The notes beneath the pieces are model-generated. The model was not told the DNA's origin and searched no databases. It saw only the letters and a list, made by a program, of their open reading frames with translations. A program made the position numbers and the translations under genes. From Klebsormidium nitens (Eukaryota > Plantae > Klebsormidiophyceae), in the NCBI GenBank assembly GCA_000708835.1, contig DF237014.1, positions 1 to 64,000 on the forward strand: a stretch of DNA of 64,000 bases. The letters are read 5' to 3'. Shown piece by piece: positions 14,401-27,600 of this stretch (its first letter is position 1; each line of letters begins with the position of its first letter).

Positions 14401-17400
14401 CAATCCACAACAAGGCCTCTGTTAAATCAAACGAGCCTTTTTGTGGAGATGTTTTCTAGTGCAAGTAAGATTCTTTTGCGAGGAGGAATACAAGTGCAAG
14501 GCTGAAGTTTGCTGACACGCGCATGAGCGCAAGATCTTGACTCCATGAAAGCCAATCTCGCAGCTCTCGCAGAAATTTTCTGAGCAGAGTGGACTTTCCA
14601 AAACCCATGTTCTGCTTAAGTCGCATTGAGATGAGGGGCTGCTGTCCGTACCACAACGCGGGCCCCATGGAAGAAGTCGTAGACACGACGTGGGCCCTCT
14701 TCGCTGAAGAACTCGGCGCCGGAACAGAAGAAGAAGGGGAGGGAGCACTCGTTGGAGAGCGCGCGCATCAGCAGAGTTTTGCCGGTGCCGGGGGGACCGC
14801 TGATTAGGAGGCCCTGCAGTAAGAAATGACAATTTCTAGTTTACCAACGCCCTCAGCCAGATTGAAGCATGGAGCATGGTCTCCGGCATAGCCGGAATCT
14901 GGAGCCTTGAAGCGACGGAAAGAAAGGGCGCGAATTGACCCTACAGCTTGTCACGGCTGTAAACTAATGTCAAGAAACAGAATAAAGTGACCTAACCAAA
15001 CAGTCTATGCAAACAAGGGAAGATTCCTTTTTGACTATCTGTGAGCAAAGGATGCCGCAGTGAGAGGTAGTGAGGGGTAGCACTGTCGGATGGAGAGAGT
15101 GAACGCGCAGCGCATACGGGCCATGGCTGCACGTTTGTCTGTCATAGAAGCCTGAGCTGATTGGACTGGAAGGATTGTAATCGCGCGTCTAACGATTGAT
15201 ACAGAAGGTCTACCTTTGCGTCATAAGACCAAAGACCTGCCTTCTGGAGGAGATATCACGAATGCACGAGCAGCTCTCCAAGACCTTCAAACACTTTGTC
15301 TGCGACCGCAACTTGCTCGGGACCTCAAAACCAGATTGATCGCCCTCGCTTTGAAGGCAGGAAAGGAGCCCATCATCATCAGAGCTGCGGGCTGTCTGCC
15401 ACGTGTCAGCAAGGGACTGACTGACCTTGGGGAGCTTGATGCCCTTTTGCACAAAGTGCGCGTAGTTCTCGTACATCTCGATGAGCTCGTTCAGCACCAG
15501 AAGCGCGCCCTCCATACCTGCAGACGCTCATGACATTGCCTCAGACGTGCCAGATGCCACCATCACAGCTAAACGGCTGGAGAGTTCTATTCCTTCAAAG
15601 TCTACTCATCAGTGTTGTACGACGTGCCCGAGGAGCCGATAATGAAAAGAAGACGAGCATCTGAGGGATGCGCACATTGATCGCCTCCCCTCTCAAAACC
15701 AATGCCAATTTTCCCCCGCTGAAGCCATCAATGCAGAGACACATTCTCTTGCTGTTTCTACAAAGGCTACGAAAAAGCAGAAAACCTTATCCACGTTCCA
15801 AAGCCCACAAACCCTGCAATCCAAACGCTGTGAGTCAGCGAATCAAACTCTTAAAACACAAACACGAAAGCCGCCTGACCTGCAACCTGCTGCAGTGTGA
15901 CGTCCTGGCCGAGGTAGTCTTTGTCGGCCTCCTTCTTGGGATGGTAATTGTAGCCCTCATATAAGTCGTCCCCGCGCTGGAACCGTTTCACCCACGGGTA
16001 CATGGACGCCCACCGCGCCGTCGGCAAATAGTTCCACAACCGCGAGTCCTGCGAGGAGCAGAAGGGAGAAGAACAGGTCAGGACCAGATTCAACTTTGGC
16101 AGAAGGTTTCACACGCGTGGATCCTGTGACGGAATTGGTTGAGAGGGTTAGAACGAGATAAAAGAGGTTAATCTTTGGCAGTTTCCTGCACACAGGCCAG
16201 CGGATCATTCCACAGCCGCGAGTCCTGCAAGGAGCGAAAGGGTCGGAACTAGATGCAAGAGGTCAATCTGCGGCAGATAGTTTCATGCGCGGTTCTTGTG
16301 AGGAGGGGGTGGGGAAAAGAGGGTGAGAATCAGGTGGATATGATTAGTCTTCGGACAGACAGTTCCATAGCCACGTATCCTTGAAGCTCGGGGGGGTGTG
16401 CGGAGGGTCACAAGTCGATGAAGGGATCGATCTTCGGCAGATGGTCTGATGCGCACGAATCTGCAACGAAGGGGGGAAGCGACAGGATATCCACCCCCAA
16501 GAGAACGTTGGAGCATCGTGTATTTGGACGACTAGAGAAGCTTCGAGAGAAAGAGCAACGAGGAGGCGGCGGTGGGAATCAGTGAGAAAAGGCAGGCCCA
16601 ACTATGGACCGGAGAATCAAGCTGGAACCCAAATTTCAACTCACGTACAAAGCTCAGACCGTTCCGACTCACTTTCACTTTGCTGGCCATCCGACCCATG
16701 ACCCAGGTCCGGTTCCGTTGGCCGATTTGGCGGAAATTGAGGCGCGCCTGGCCCGGAGCGGATCCCAGCACTAGGGGCGCCGTTTTGACGCAGCCGTAAA
16801 AGACGAGGATGGCCAGCATGCAGCGCCCGATGAACAGGGCCTTCTTCAGCGTGTTGCTCAGCAGGTCGAAGCTGGAGTAATGCACCGCCAGGTCCTGAAC
16901 AAGAGCAGAAATGTTGAAGCATTGCAACAACCGTCTTCCTGCAATCTCACAGAAATCTGAGCCGTTATCTTTGGATTCCGATTCCGGATAATTCCAACAG
17001 CGAAAGGGAAGAGAGCTCGTCTTTCTGGAGACCCAGCGCTTTTCGGGAGGTCTGGTGATAGCGCATACGTCAACAACAAGCACACAAAAGCACAGGCAGA
17101 GAGACGACACATTGCTGCTTAAGTAGCATTACCGAGACACGACTTGGAAAAAGCTCCGACAGATACACCCTGCACTCCTCCTCCTCAATTTCCTTTCTCA
17201 ACGCTGACAGATTTTCTTCCTCAATTACTCCTGAGACTCGCCTTCTTTTCGCGCACAGAAGAAAGCACGCTCACCGAGTAGGCGTCCAAGAACTGGGGCA
17301 GATACGGGTCCATCGGCAGGTCCACGACGTACTCGTCGGGGAAGCCCTCCTTCATCTTGATGTACGCTTTCGACATATTGTCCATGATCACCACTTTGTC

Positions 17401-20400
17401 CACCTCACCCTCCGCGACCCGCGTCCGGAACCCCACGTACGACATGCGCGGCCGGTACTTGTACCAGTTGGCACGGATTTCTGTAGCGTACTCGTCCACG
17501 TCCTCGATCTGCGGGACACAGTGGATGATAGGTGATGAAAAAGGCACATCAAGTAGCGAAGGGCAGCCGAGCACACAGAGCACAAAAAGAAACGGTGCTA
17601 TCTGCTGAAGGATGGGTGGTGATCGCTTGTGGGTCCCGGATGGGGGTCGTCGTACACAGCAAAGCCTCGCGAAAACCCGAAAAGAGGCAATAAATGATGC
17701 GCAACGCAAGTCTATCTTGACAATCAGAAGAGACAGAGAAGCATTCGGATGGCCAACGGCGCTCGATTAGGCTGCTCGCATGTGCAGACACAAAAGCAGG
17801 CATCTCCGCCCGAATACTAAACGGGCAACCCCGCAATAATTGCAACAAAGTGACCTCAGCAGCTTTAGATAGATTTGCTGCGAGCAGAAGGAGAGAAAGA
17901 GCCTCGGACCGCCCTTGGAGAAGTCGAAGGCTGAACGGCAAAAAGTCAACAAGCATCTCTCGGACGTCTCAAATCGAACCCGTTGTCTGAGCATCAATCC
18001 ACAACTGACCCTGCGTTCCCGTTCCTCTTGGTGCGCTGCCAAATTCTGCTGCGCTTGCCGCTCCATCTCCTCCTGCCGCACGATGATCACGTGCTGGTGC
18101 GCCATGTTGGACAGCACGTCCGTCACACGGTCCCGCGCAAACAGCACGCCCCACCTGGACAGCGGACAGCAACGATACAATCTGAGCTGGAACCTCTAAG
18201 GCTCGGGAAGGTGGTTGGGTGTGGAAATTTGTACTCGCGGTGGAAGCTCGTCCATTTTGAGGAGAAGGGCGTTTGGCTCCTCTCCCAAATCCACTTTTCA
18301 AAGAAGACCTGAAAATCAATTGAAGCGCTTAGATACATCTCAAGGAAGCCGAAAGCGCTTGGAAAAACGGAGTCCCACGCAGACCCCAAAAGCATTCAAA
18401 TTACATAGCGTTAATCTAGGTATTGTAACGAGCTGACAACCCCAACCAAGAGGCTTCTCACCTGCGCATCTTCTCCTGCCAGCCGCCCTCGTTGGCCCGC
18501 CCCTCCCGCAGCCTCTCCACCATCTGCTGTGTTTTGCGCCCCAGCACCCGCAGCTGGTGCCCCATCGCCTCGATATCTGCCACCGCTTTCTCCCTCAGAA
18601 TTACTGCCGCCGCATGCGACGCTTCCGCTTCTCTAGTTCTCTGCTCAACCGTTTCTTCCAGTGCCTCCCGCGCTAACCGCACCAGCTCCGCGTGCTCCCC
18701 GCGCGCCTCCTCTAATCGAACCGTCTCTGAAGCGCGAAACGCCGCGATCTCCGCTTGGACGTCTGCTTCCGATTGGCCACTGCTCTCAGCCTGCGATTGC
18801 AAATGTGTGGTTGACGTTAACTATTTACCCTGGAAAACGTCGTGCCAGCAGTCAGGTGAAGAAAGCAGATCAACACTGACAAGGATGTCCTCTCTCAAAT
18901 CGGCCATCATCCGGTCTATCTGAGTCACTTAGAATCAGGTAGAATCAGGAACCCGGTTCTTTTCAAGTAAGGCCCGAAGGATACCTTGCTGACCATCTTC
19001 CTACTTAGCAAGGCTTCGAACATCCCCTTCATTCCAGAAGCTTATGCAGCTAGCCCTTAATCAGGCTCCTGCTTGGAAAAGCTTCATCCAGTTTGAGACA
19101 GGAGCTGATGCAGCCAGCCCCTAACCAGTCAAACACATGCATCCGCCCCTCTGGCAAGTTTGCCCCCTCCAGAAACATGCGGAAACCATTCTGAATCGCA
19201 TCGGCCGGACCAACACCTCACCTCCGAGGCTTCCCTCCGTCTCGCCTCCAACTCTCGCACCCTGTCCGCGGTTTCTCGCCTGACCTCCTCCATCTGCTCG
19301 TCTCGTCGCTTCGCCAGCTGTCCAAACACCCCCTGCGGATCCTCCTGCCCCTGCAAGTCCTCCATTCTCGCCAGCAGCGCATTCGCATTGCTCTGCGCCC
19401 ATTCAATCTGGTCCTTGGCAGCTGCCGACAGGGCCTCCATATTGAGCACCAACTCCCAGCCCTTGCGCCGGGCCAGCCGCACGGCCGCCTCCTCGGGGGA
19501 GTTCCAAATGACGGTCTGCGGAGGCAGCAAAGAACGAGGCATTGTCTCAGGTGATCTTTCTACACTTGTTTTGTTGAAATGAAGACCGATTTTGGTATTG
19601 GTCGAGAAGGGTTCACACGCCTTTCCAAGCAACCTCCGCAAGAAGAAGTACACCCTCGACGACTGATGCACGGGAGTTCCAGTCGACGGTTTGGGTTAAG
19701 CGAAAGAGGTAAAGAAGAGCTCGATGCTCAGGGAAGGCCGCCTCTTTCTTCAATATGGCGCTGTCATATTTGTGTGGTTGGTGACGGTTGCTTTCAGGAA
19801 TCTCAAGCCGCGAAGAAGCAGATGTAGTCCATAACATCATCCTTATTCAGAAGACAAACACAAAACATTGCGTCCCAGGTTACAATTGCCAAGACTTTGA
19901 GGACAAGAACCATCTGAATGACAGACAGGACCGACCGACTCATTCACCAGACTCCACAAAGGAGCCGTCTTCACAGCAACCGCGAGGGCGGAAGCCCACC
20001 TCTTCCAGGTCTGGATGCCGCAATATGACCGTCTTCCCCGCCCGGTACAGCTGTACATTCGTCCGCCCCTGAAGCGTCACGGCCTTGCCCTCCTTAAGAA
20101 TCACCCGCAACTCTTCCGAGTCTTCCCGAAACCCGGGCACTTTGTCGGTTGCCTCTTCAACCAGCAACCTCTGCAGCTCCTTGGTTCGCTCCACGAGGGC
20201 CTCGGACAGCGGGACTGCGCCATCGACAAACTCCCGCTGCAATAGAGGGTCCAGCCAATGCCTCGCCGCCCGACAATGATAAAATTCAGGTTTCAGTGGG
20301 TTCGAAAGCAGGGCTCTCCACAGAGTTCCTCCTTTATGTCCCTGGTGCTTTTGTGCGATGAACCACAAGATCCTCCGCTTCTGCCTCAATATTCCCCGAG

Positions 20401-23400
20401 TGTTGTAGGCAAATCTGAAACATTCAACCACCTTCCGAATCGTAACAAGTAATTGCCAACTGAGGCCTAGGATCCCACCACGTCCTTCTTAGCAACTTCC
20501 AAACCTCACCTTTTCGACAGGCCCCAGCGCCACATTATTCAGTACTTCGTCCACGTACTCGTCTGTGATGTCCCGAATACCAATGTCCTCTGCTGACGTC
20601 AGCGCCCTCTCCTGCTCTGACAAGCTCTCCTGCAGCTCCTGTGCACCGCGCCGCTGCTCCTCCAGAAACCGGTCCGCCTCGTCCCCTTCCATGTAGCCAG
20701 TCATGACCTGCTCCAAACTGCCGTCTGGCAACACCTGGTACCGCTGGGCCTGCAGAGGGAACCAGGAGATTGTCGTTTGCTGACGGTGGCTCTTCAGGAT
20801 GCCATAGCCGCGGGAAGCGAAGCACAGGATGAAGGGCAAGCCCCAAAGGTCTTCGATAAAATCTGTTGATTGATCGACTGACCAGCTCTCAAATCACAGG
20901 CCATCATCGAGCCTAAGTTTTCTAGGACCTTTTGAAAGAGACTTGGGTCCGCATTGAGCACGCTGACTGGGGGCAAGATTTTGAAGCCGAGTCGTCTTAG
21001 GGCTTAGCTGATGAAGAGGAACACACGCACCCTGGCAAGATGGACTCAGAGATGCACAACATATTGACTGCACAAGTTGTAAAGCCTGCGAGTGCTAAGC
21101 AGGTTGCAGGGCATGTACTGCCAAGACAGAGAGGCAGAGGATGGCTGACCTCATAGCCCTGTGGGTACACCCGCTTCCACTCCTCCCGCTTGAGTTCCTT
21201 GAAGTTCAGGTTGGTCGGCTCTGGCAAAATGCTCTCCATGAAAAAGCCCTGCGCCTGCTGCAACTGTGTGGGGTCGGGGGGCCGGGGCGCGCGCACCTTT
21301 CTATACGCAAAGCTGCACCAGAAGAGAACATCGAATCAAATTGGAGAACCCGGGCAAAACCGTTTGTCTGTATGCAAAAGCTGCGGTGTCGAGAGGGAAG
21401 CTGCGGTGTCGAAGTCTGACAATGTGCGATTGCCTGAGGGCTACGCTAGGGGACAGTACAGCATGATTCAGAGATGGAAGAGGCTGGGAAAATTCTTGTG
21501 AACAGGTAAGCTACGAGATTGAGGAGCAAGACGACGGAGTGCTTGACAGTGAACACCCTGAGTGTCGATGAAGACCCGTGAGGATGCATTATGTATTTTC
21601 CTTGAAGCAAAACCATCAAATTTGTTGCCTTACACTGATCCCGTAATGGCCAGCCCCAGCAGAAGCAGGGCCCCGGCCGCCACTCTAAAGTTCCAGTAAC
21701 GCGGGTACTGCCAGAGGCCCCCTTTCAGCCACAGCCGCAGGTCCTCCACGTAATCGTGCACCTCGTCCTTTACATCCGTCACTGTCTCTACCGTCCCCTT
21801 TTGGACAGCCGCTGCTGTCTCGCGGGCCTGGAAAGAAAGGATATTGACTTCAATCTAACGTGCAGCTGAGGTCAGATGACCCTTGACGACCCCTCAGCAC
21901 CATCCGGCCTACAACTTGACCATGTTTTGCGGGGCCCCGGATCCTAGTTGGCCCGTTCACATCCAATGGGTCTTTGGTGGTGGCCAATTGGTAAGCAACA
22001 CAACTACAGACCTGACTGGAACAGCAAGAACCACCATCACATCGATAAAGTGAGACACCCACCTCCGAAACATAAGCCCTTTCTTGTCTTCCGACAAACC
22101 GATCAGAACATCCCACTTGATTGCAACGCTCACCTCCTCTATCACCGGGTGCGCTGCTTGCTTGGCCTTTTCCCGCAGGTCAATCAGGGCCCTGTTCAGC
22201 TGCTCTTCGTCCCCCATGGTGTCAAACGCGTCGCTCGCCCTCTGCGGAAGCTCCTTCACCAGGGCCTCCACAATCCCCTTCAAGTCCTGTACCTTCTCCC
22301 TATCCAAACCAAAGTGCTCTGCCGTATCCTGTGTTGCCTCAGCGGCCCCCTGAGCTGCCCGGCGCCCTTCCTGGAACCCCACTATGATTGCCTCGGTGGC
22401 CCTCCGCTCAAAGCTCTCCCTCGTCTTCTCTTCAAGTACTCTCAGGTTCGGTATGAGATTCTCCGACCACCGGCTGAGGCTCACAACCCGCTCTCGAACG
22501 CTTTGCCGCGTCTGCGCAATGCTGTCCCTGAGCCGCTTCTGCGCCTCGGCTCGTATTTGCTCTGGATTAAGGTTGATCTTTTCAATGTCGGCAGACTCTG
22601 CCTCTTCCATGGCCTTCCGCCGGGCCTCCTCTAGGGCCTCCTTCTCTGCCTTCTCTAAATCCTGGAGCATCTTCGCTTGGGCCTGAAATCAGAGGTGGTG
22701 GTTGGACAATCAAACAGCTGGTGCGAGTAGTTAAAATAGTAGGACTAAAGACTGGTACAGCTTAGGTGGCGCCAGCTGAGGTGCTACTTAAGGGCCGACA
22801 GGAAAAAGGTAAAGAGATTTGGGCCATACTGCAGAAATTGACTTCCCGATGGTGCATCCACTCGGAAGAGCCCTGTGGTAAATGCGGTGCTTTTTTGAAA
22901 CGTCGGCGCTTGGCCACAAGTGCGACTGAGAATGCTTTTCATCAAAACACACACAAAGGATAATGAGACCAAGTAATCGCATGCAGCTGGAATAGTGACG
23001 AAACACGGAACTTGCACCACTTTAACATCAACCACGAAATCCTTCCATATTTAGCAGAACAGCGAAGCGACCTCATTGACAGCCCTCGCCTGTTGCGGCT
23101 TGTTTTCCTTCATGACCATTACCAGACAAGTGCTCAGCTGTCACACTCAATTCTCAGTGATGAATCTTAAGAAAGGTGTTTCTCGTGAAGTAGCTCACGG
23201 AGCTCAAAACTCAGCATTGACACGGAGAATGAAAAGCAATTCCCAGCTTTAGAGCAAGTCTGATTGGTCACCCTTCCATCTTTCCAATTATGCATGTAGT
23301 GCGCAGATTGTAAGAGCGCCGTACCTGGCGCCTGGCCTCCCTCTGCCTCTCCAGCTTTGCAAACTCGTCCTCCTGCTCTTTCTTCTCCCAATCGAATTTG

Positions 23401-24101
23401 AAATCCTCTGGCACGGAGAACCCCTCGCCACCGTCCTCTGGCGGTGGTGGGGCACCGTCATTTTCATCATTTCCAGCAGCACGTGCCACCCAAGAAACAT
23501 TCCTGCCCGGGCCAGTGCGCCTACAGCGACCAGCTTCGGGGAAGTTCGCGAAAGGCACTCCGCGCAAAATTTTGCCTCCCCTTGTCCTGTCCGCAGCATG
23601 GCAACAGCCAGCATCAAAAAGCCCTTGGCTCCGACAGGCGCTCCTGTTAGAGCATTGTGACAAAGAGCTTCCAAATGAGGAGGCCCTATCTACAGAGCTG
23701 CCACCGCCTTCAAACGATGCGAACGAGCTTTGGTTTAGAACTGCTTTTGCTTCTGCCGACCTGTGGGGAGGCCAGTTGCGAGTTGCATGAGCGCCACTAT
23801 GATGATCAGCTTGCCTCTTTCTTCTGCCAGACACTGATGCTGCTATCCCAGCACTTTGCGACCACTCATCTATTCCAATTGCACCGCTTCCCTTTTGACC
23901 CGAAAAAGTGTAAACCTCCAGCAAAGGCTTTAGTGACTTGCAATTGCTAAAGCCACTGCCGCTGGTGGTAGCATAGTAGGAGGTGGAAGGCAAGACTGGC
24001 AGAGAGCAATGGGCGCGACAAGGAAGGTCTCGCCTTCTGACAGAACTAACGGCCGCATGATTTGCCAGCGCCGCAGAAAAGACGTGCAATGCTGTAGCCA
24101 T
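8465..24101 (-). CDS. FTSH12: FtsH12-like chloroplast inner-envelope AAA protein (Ycf2-FtsHi import-motor subunit type), ~24 exons, about 1750-1800 aa by hand sum, protease site degenerate
   Basis: Begins with a Ser/Ala-rich transit peptide (ATG at 24101). FtsH12-specific blocks are present: [23 protein letters not shown]...[19 protein letters not shown], and the C-terminal FPAPLHR. AAA motifs are Walker A GPPGTGKT (~14780), Walker [11 protein letters not shown] (~14130), [23 protein letters not shown] (~13600) and lid [23 protein letters not shown]. Splice phases were consistent wherever checked. Confidence 0.88.
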
Positions 24102-24623
24102 GGCTGCTGCCACTCAAGCACCACCCTACATCAGGCTTTCCATCTCAACCATAAAGAACACTGGCTGACTACAACTTCAGTTGCGCATCCCCTGTTCAAT
24201 GCACCATTGATGAAGCCGAGCGATGAGGAAGACGCAGCTCGTTTGCATGCTTCGAGTTTCCTATCTTTTGAAATAACCTTTTGGGACAAAATCGATGTGG
24301 GAAGCGCCCGTATAGATGCGAAAGTCAGGCTCATTTGCAGACCCAAAAGTTTAGGGTAGATTCGGTTCTCGAGACTAATAAAGAATCTTCCAACGCTTTT
24401 GTTATTCGGGGCTGTCTCGACTTATACCAGCTGTGATTTGCAGCTTATATGTCTTACTCTGAGTGGATAAACCCAGATGGCAGATACCCCTTGCTACAGC
24501 CTGCAGCTCAGGTGCAGAACGGCCCTGTGCCTCTGTTGACCCTGGGCCCTTGCCAAATCCAGTCGAGGGCGATGTGAACAGGTCTGTGGGGCTTCAGTAT
24601 TGTGTAACAGATGGTTCTCTGAG

Positions 24624-27600
24624 ATGACAGGCCATTGGGGAGGCCCCCGACACCATGGGGCCACGACCAGGCTGCTGGAGAAAGCTTGGGTCCCTCTCGG
24701 CGCCATGTTTGTGTTGTGCATCCTCGCAATGTATGTGTCGCTGCCTGGTCTTCCTGCACTTTCTCCAGCCGAATTCTGGTCTGGCGACAGGTCTGCTGTC
24801 TTGTCGCTTGATGGTAGAGCCGGGGAAGTCGGCACGGAGAGAGCTGGGGATGAAAGCTTTGGGTTCACCGGCACAGGGTCTCATGGCGCGAATGAAGCTG
24901 AATTGGCTGGGGCATCAGGCCACCACTCCATGCTGGACAAGTTGCGCAGCGGACGCAAGCTGCATATCCGGAATGCTTCTGTGGTGGATATGGGGGCAAG
25001 ATCTCAACTGGCAGAGGAGTCTAGTCAAAGCAGGCCACCTCAAAAGGCCACTAATCAAGGCACCGGCATTCGTAAGGAGGTGCCAAACTTGGAATCTTTG
25101 AGCTTGACATTCAGCACCAACCTGCTCTCAGCTCTTAGTCCGGATTACTTGGCCAAGATGCACAGTAGCTACTCTGCAGCCAACGGCAGCAGGCTTCTCA
25201 TCATGAACGCTCAGCACGGGCTTGGGAACAGGCTGAGAGCTCTTGGCTCAGGTCAAGCAGTTGCGGCCGCTTCAGGGCGCCACTTCCGCCTGGTCTGGAT
25301 ACCGGATGTGCACTGCGGGGCACGCTTTCAGGATCTCTTTGATTGCCCTGACCTGGATGTGTGGGACGAGCTCGATGAGAGGGAGGTGAATGAGTCCAAC
25401 TTTGACAAGTACAACTACATGGAGAATGAGGAGGGAAGCAGGAAGGACCAGGGGGTGGTTACGAAGTCTGCCAATCACATCTACGTCAAGTCTGCGTATC
25501 GGTTGCGCAGCGACCGGCGTGTCGTTACAGGTGAGACTCACTGGTGTTGAGCAAGGTTGAGTCCGATAACATTGACCTGCATGATTGGGCCCATTGAATT
25601 GATCTTTTGGATAGCATAGCACAATCTTCTTTACAGATCTTGGCTTTTATCATTGTTGTTACCACTCTGTTTGTGCGCTGCTCTCTCTTGTACTCTTGGC
25701 AGTGGGGGTCTGACTTATGTTGTTCAGGAAGCAGTTGTCATCCCTCTGCCCCCGCTTACGAAGATGGAGGCAAGATCTCGAGGGTCTAACCACCTAAGCC
25801 CTTGTGGTGCTGCAACTAAGTTGTGTGAGGCTACTAACATCTTTCTTCTCACTCTGCAGAGGACTTGCGCAACGCATTGGAGACCCTCCGTCCCAACAAA
25901 GCCGTCATGCGGCACATCACTCAGGTCCAGCAATCTCTGGACAAGATGAGTCTCGGAAGCCTGCGCAAAGCCAGCTTTGGCAGAAACAAACTACAGATTG
26001 CTGAGCAAACGCGGAGCCCGTACATAGGAGTTCACATTCGGAGCAATCAGCCTGACCAGGAGCCAGCATTGAATCTGCCTGAGAATGCTTACACGCCAGA
26101 GGCTTGGGCCACCATAAAGCGGATGAGGAGCTTGACTCGACTGGATCTTTTCGCTGGGGAGATTGAGCGGCTGCTTCGAGCGGTGAGTGACTCGGAGACT
26201 GTCTTGGAACTCACTTTCCTTTCTTTCTTGTCCGTATCTTCCTGTCTGATGTTGAAAGTATGTTCGCTCTCAGAGGTTGCAGACTAAGATGCGGTGTCGT
26301 AGTCACCTATTCTGAATAGAAACTAAAGATAAAGCGAGTTTGTAAACACCCTGCCTTCGTTTGAAGGGAAAGACGAAAAACAATTTTAAGGAAACACGAC
26401 CCTAGAATGGCTTACATCGTTTTGATGTTGCGCACCGCATGCAGCTACTTGTCGGCCTTCATTCCCATTAGAAACATCCTAACAACTTAATCAGTTCATT
26501 ATATGAAGGATAAAAGGATTTCGTCCTTTCATCGACGTTCGGTTGTATCATCGTCGGCAGGATCCCACTCTCCGCGTCTTCCTGGCGGCGGACAACTCGG
26601 ACGCCTACACAACGATCCAGAAAGCGATTGGCAGGGACAAGGTGACGTGGCTGGAGAAACATGGGTGCCTGGACCGGCGGCCGCAGTGTCAGCAACTCGC
26701 CCTGGCAGACATGTACATACTCTCCCACAGCAGCCAGATTCTAGGCAGCCTCTGGAGCTCCTTCACGGAGGTACACACTCACACTCTCTTGGATATCGTC
26801 TCTATATGTTCTCCATGTCTTAAGCTTTTCAGGTTCGAAAACACAAAAGTCTTCGGGACCTTCTCATTTAGTTCGCCGCGTTCGATTCCTCATCGTTGTC
26901 GAAGCCTGCCGTCGTTGTTGATCTACTTTCTATGACGTGGGCTTCTCAAAGCGAATGGTTAAAGACGTCTTTTCTGCATTGTGTCGTCTTTTCCGAAACT
27001 AGACACCTGTTTCAACGCAGGCTTAATGGTACGCTTTTCTTAACGAACAACAATGCTCTGTGAATCTTCGATTGAAACTTCCTGATGCGCGCAGGTAGCG
27101 GGTCTGCTGAACAACGTGCCCGTGCGCATTGCCGGCCGTGATTTCTTCCTTCCCTCGCCATCACGGGATGCCCCGGTGTTGTGCAACCCCAGCTCGATGG
27201 ACCACCCTGGCCGCTTTCACGGGACCTCCCTCTTCACAGCGGTGATGGGGAGGCAAGACGCCCTAGCAAAGGTCAGCAGGTCTTCATATCGCGGTTGGCT
27301 GCTTGAGATGCTTCCACCAGCGTTGCTGAAACGACTTTGGAGCCACTTTGCTGTGCATGGCGTTTTCAAGGCCCAGGGCAGCCCGCCATTCTTGCTGATT
27401 CTTCCACTGACGCCAATGCTTGCTCCTCAAGAACCTTGTCTTCTAAGAATGGCTCTTTCGGCCTATTTTGAACTTTTACTTCAGTCATTTCTCACTCCCT
27501 GTTCTCTTTCGCTTCTGTGCAGGTATTGCCGTCGTGGTTGAGAGTGCGGGGAATCGACGAAATTGTCGTCGTCGATTGGGGCTCTGATATTCCGCTGCGG

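Noticed and set aside
18977-18984. GTATCCTT (U12-type donor consensus) on the minus strand within an FTSH12 intron
   Set aside because: The flanking exons already join in phase 0 through a normal GT-AG intron. The implied 16-nt micro-exon would break the frame, and no U12 branch site was evident.
21258-21296. Apparent 39-nt intron (GTGCGC...TTGCAG) in FTSH12
   Set aside because: It is in frame, stop-free and encodes VRAPR, which aligns with the conserved FtsH12 IQAPR. It is better read as coding.
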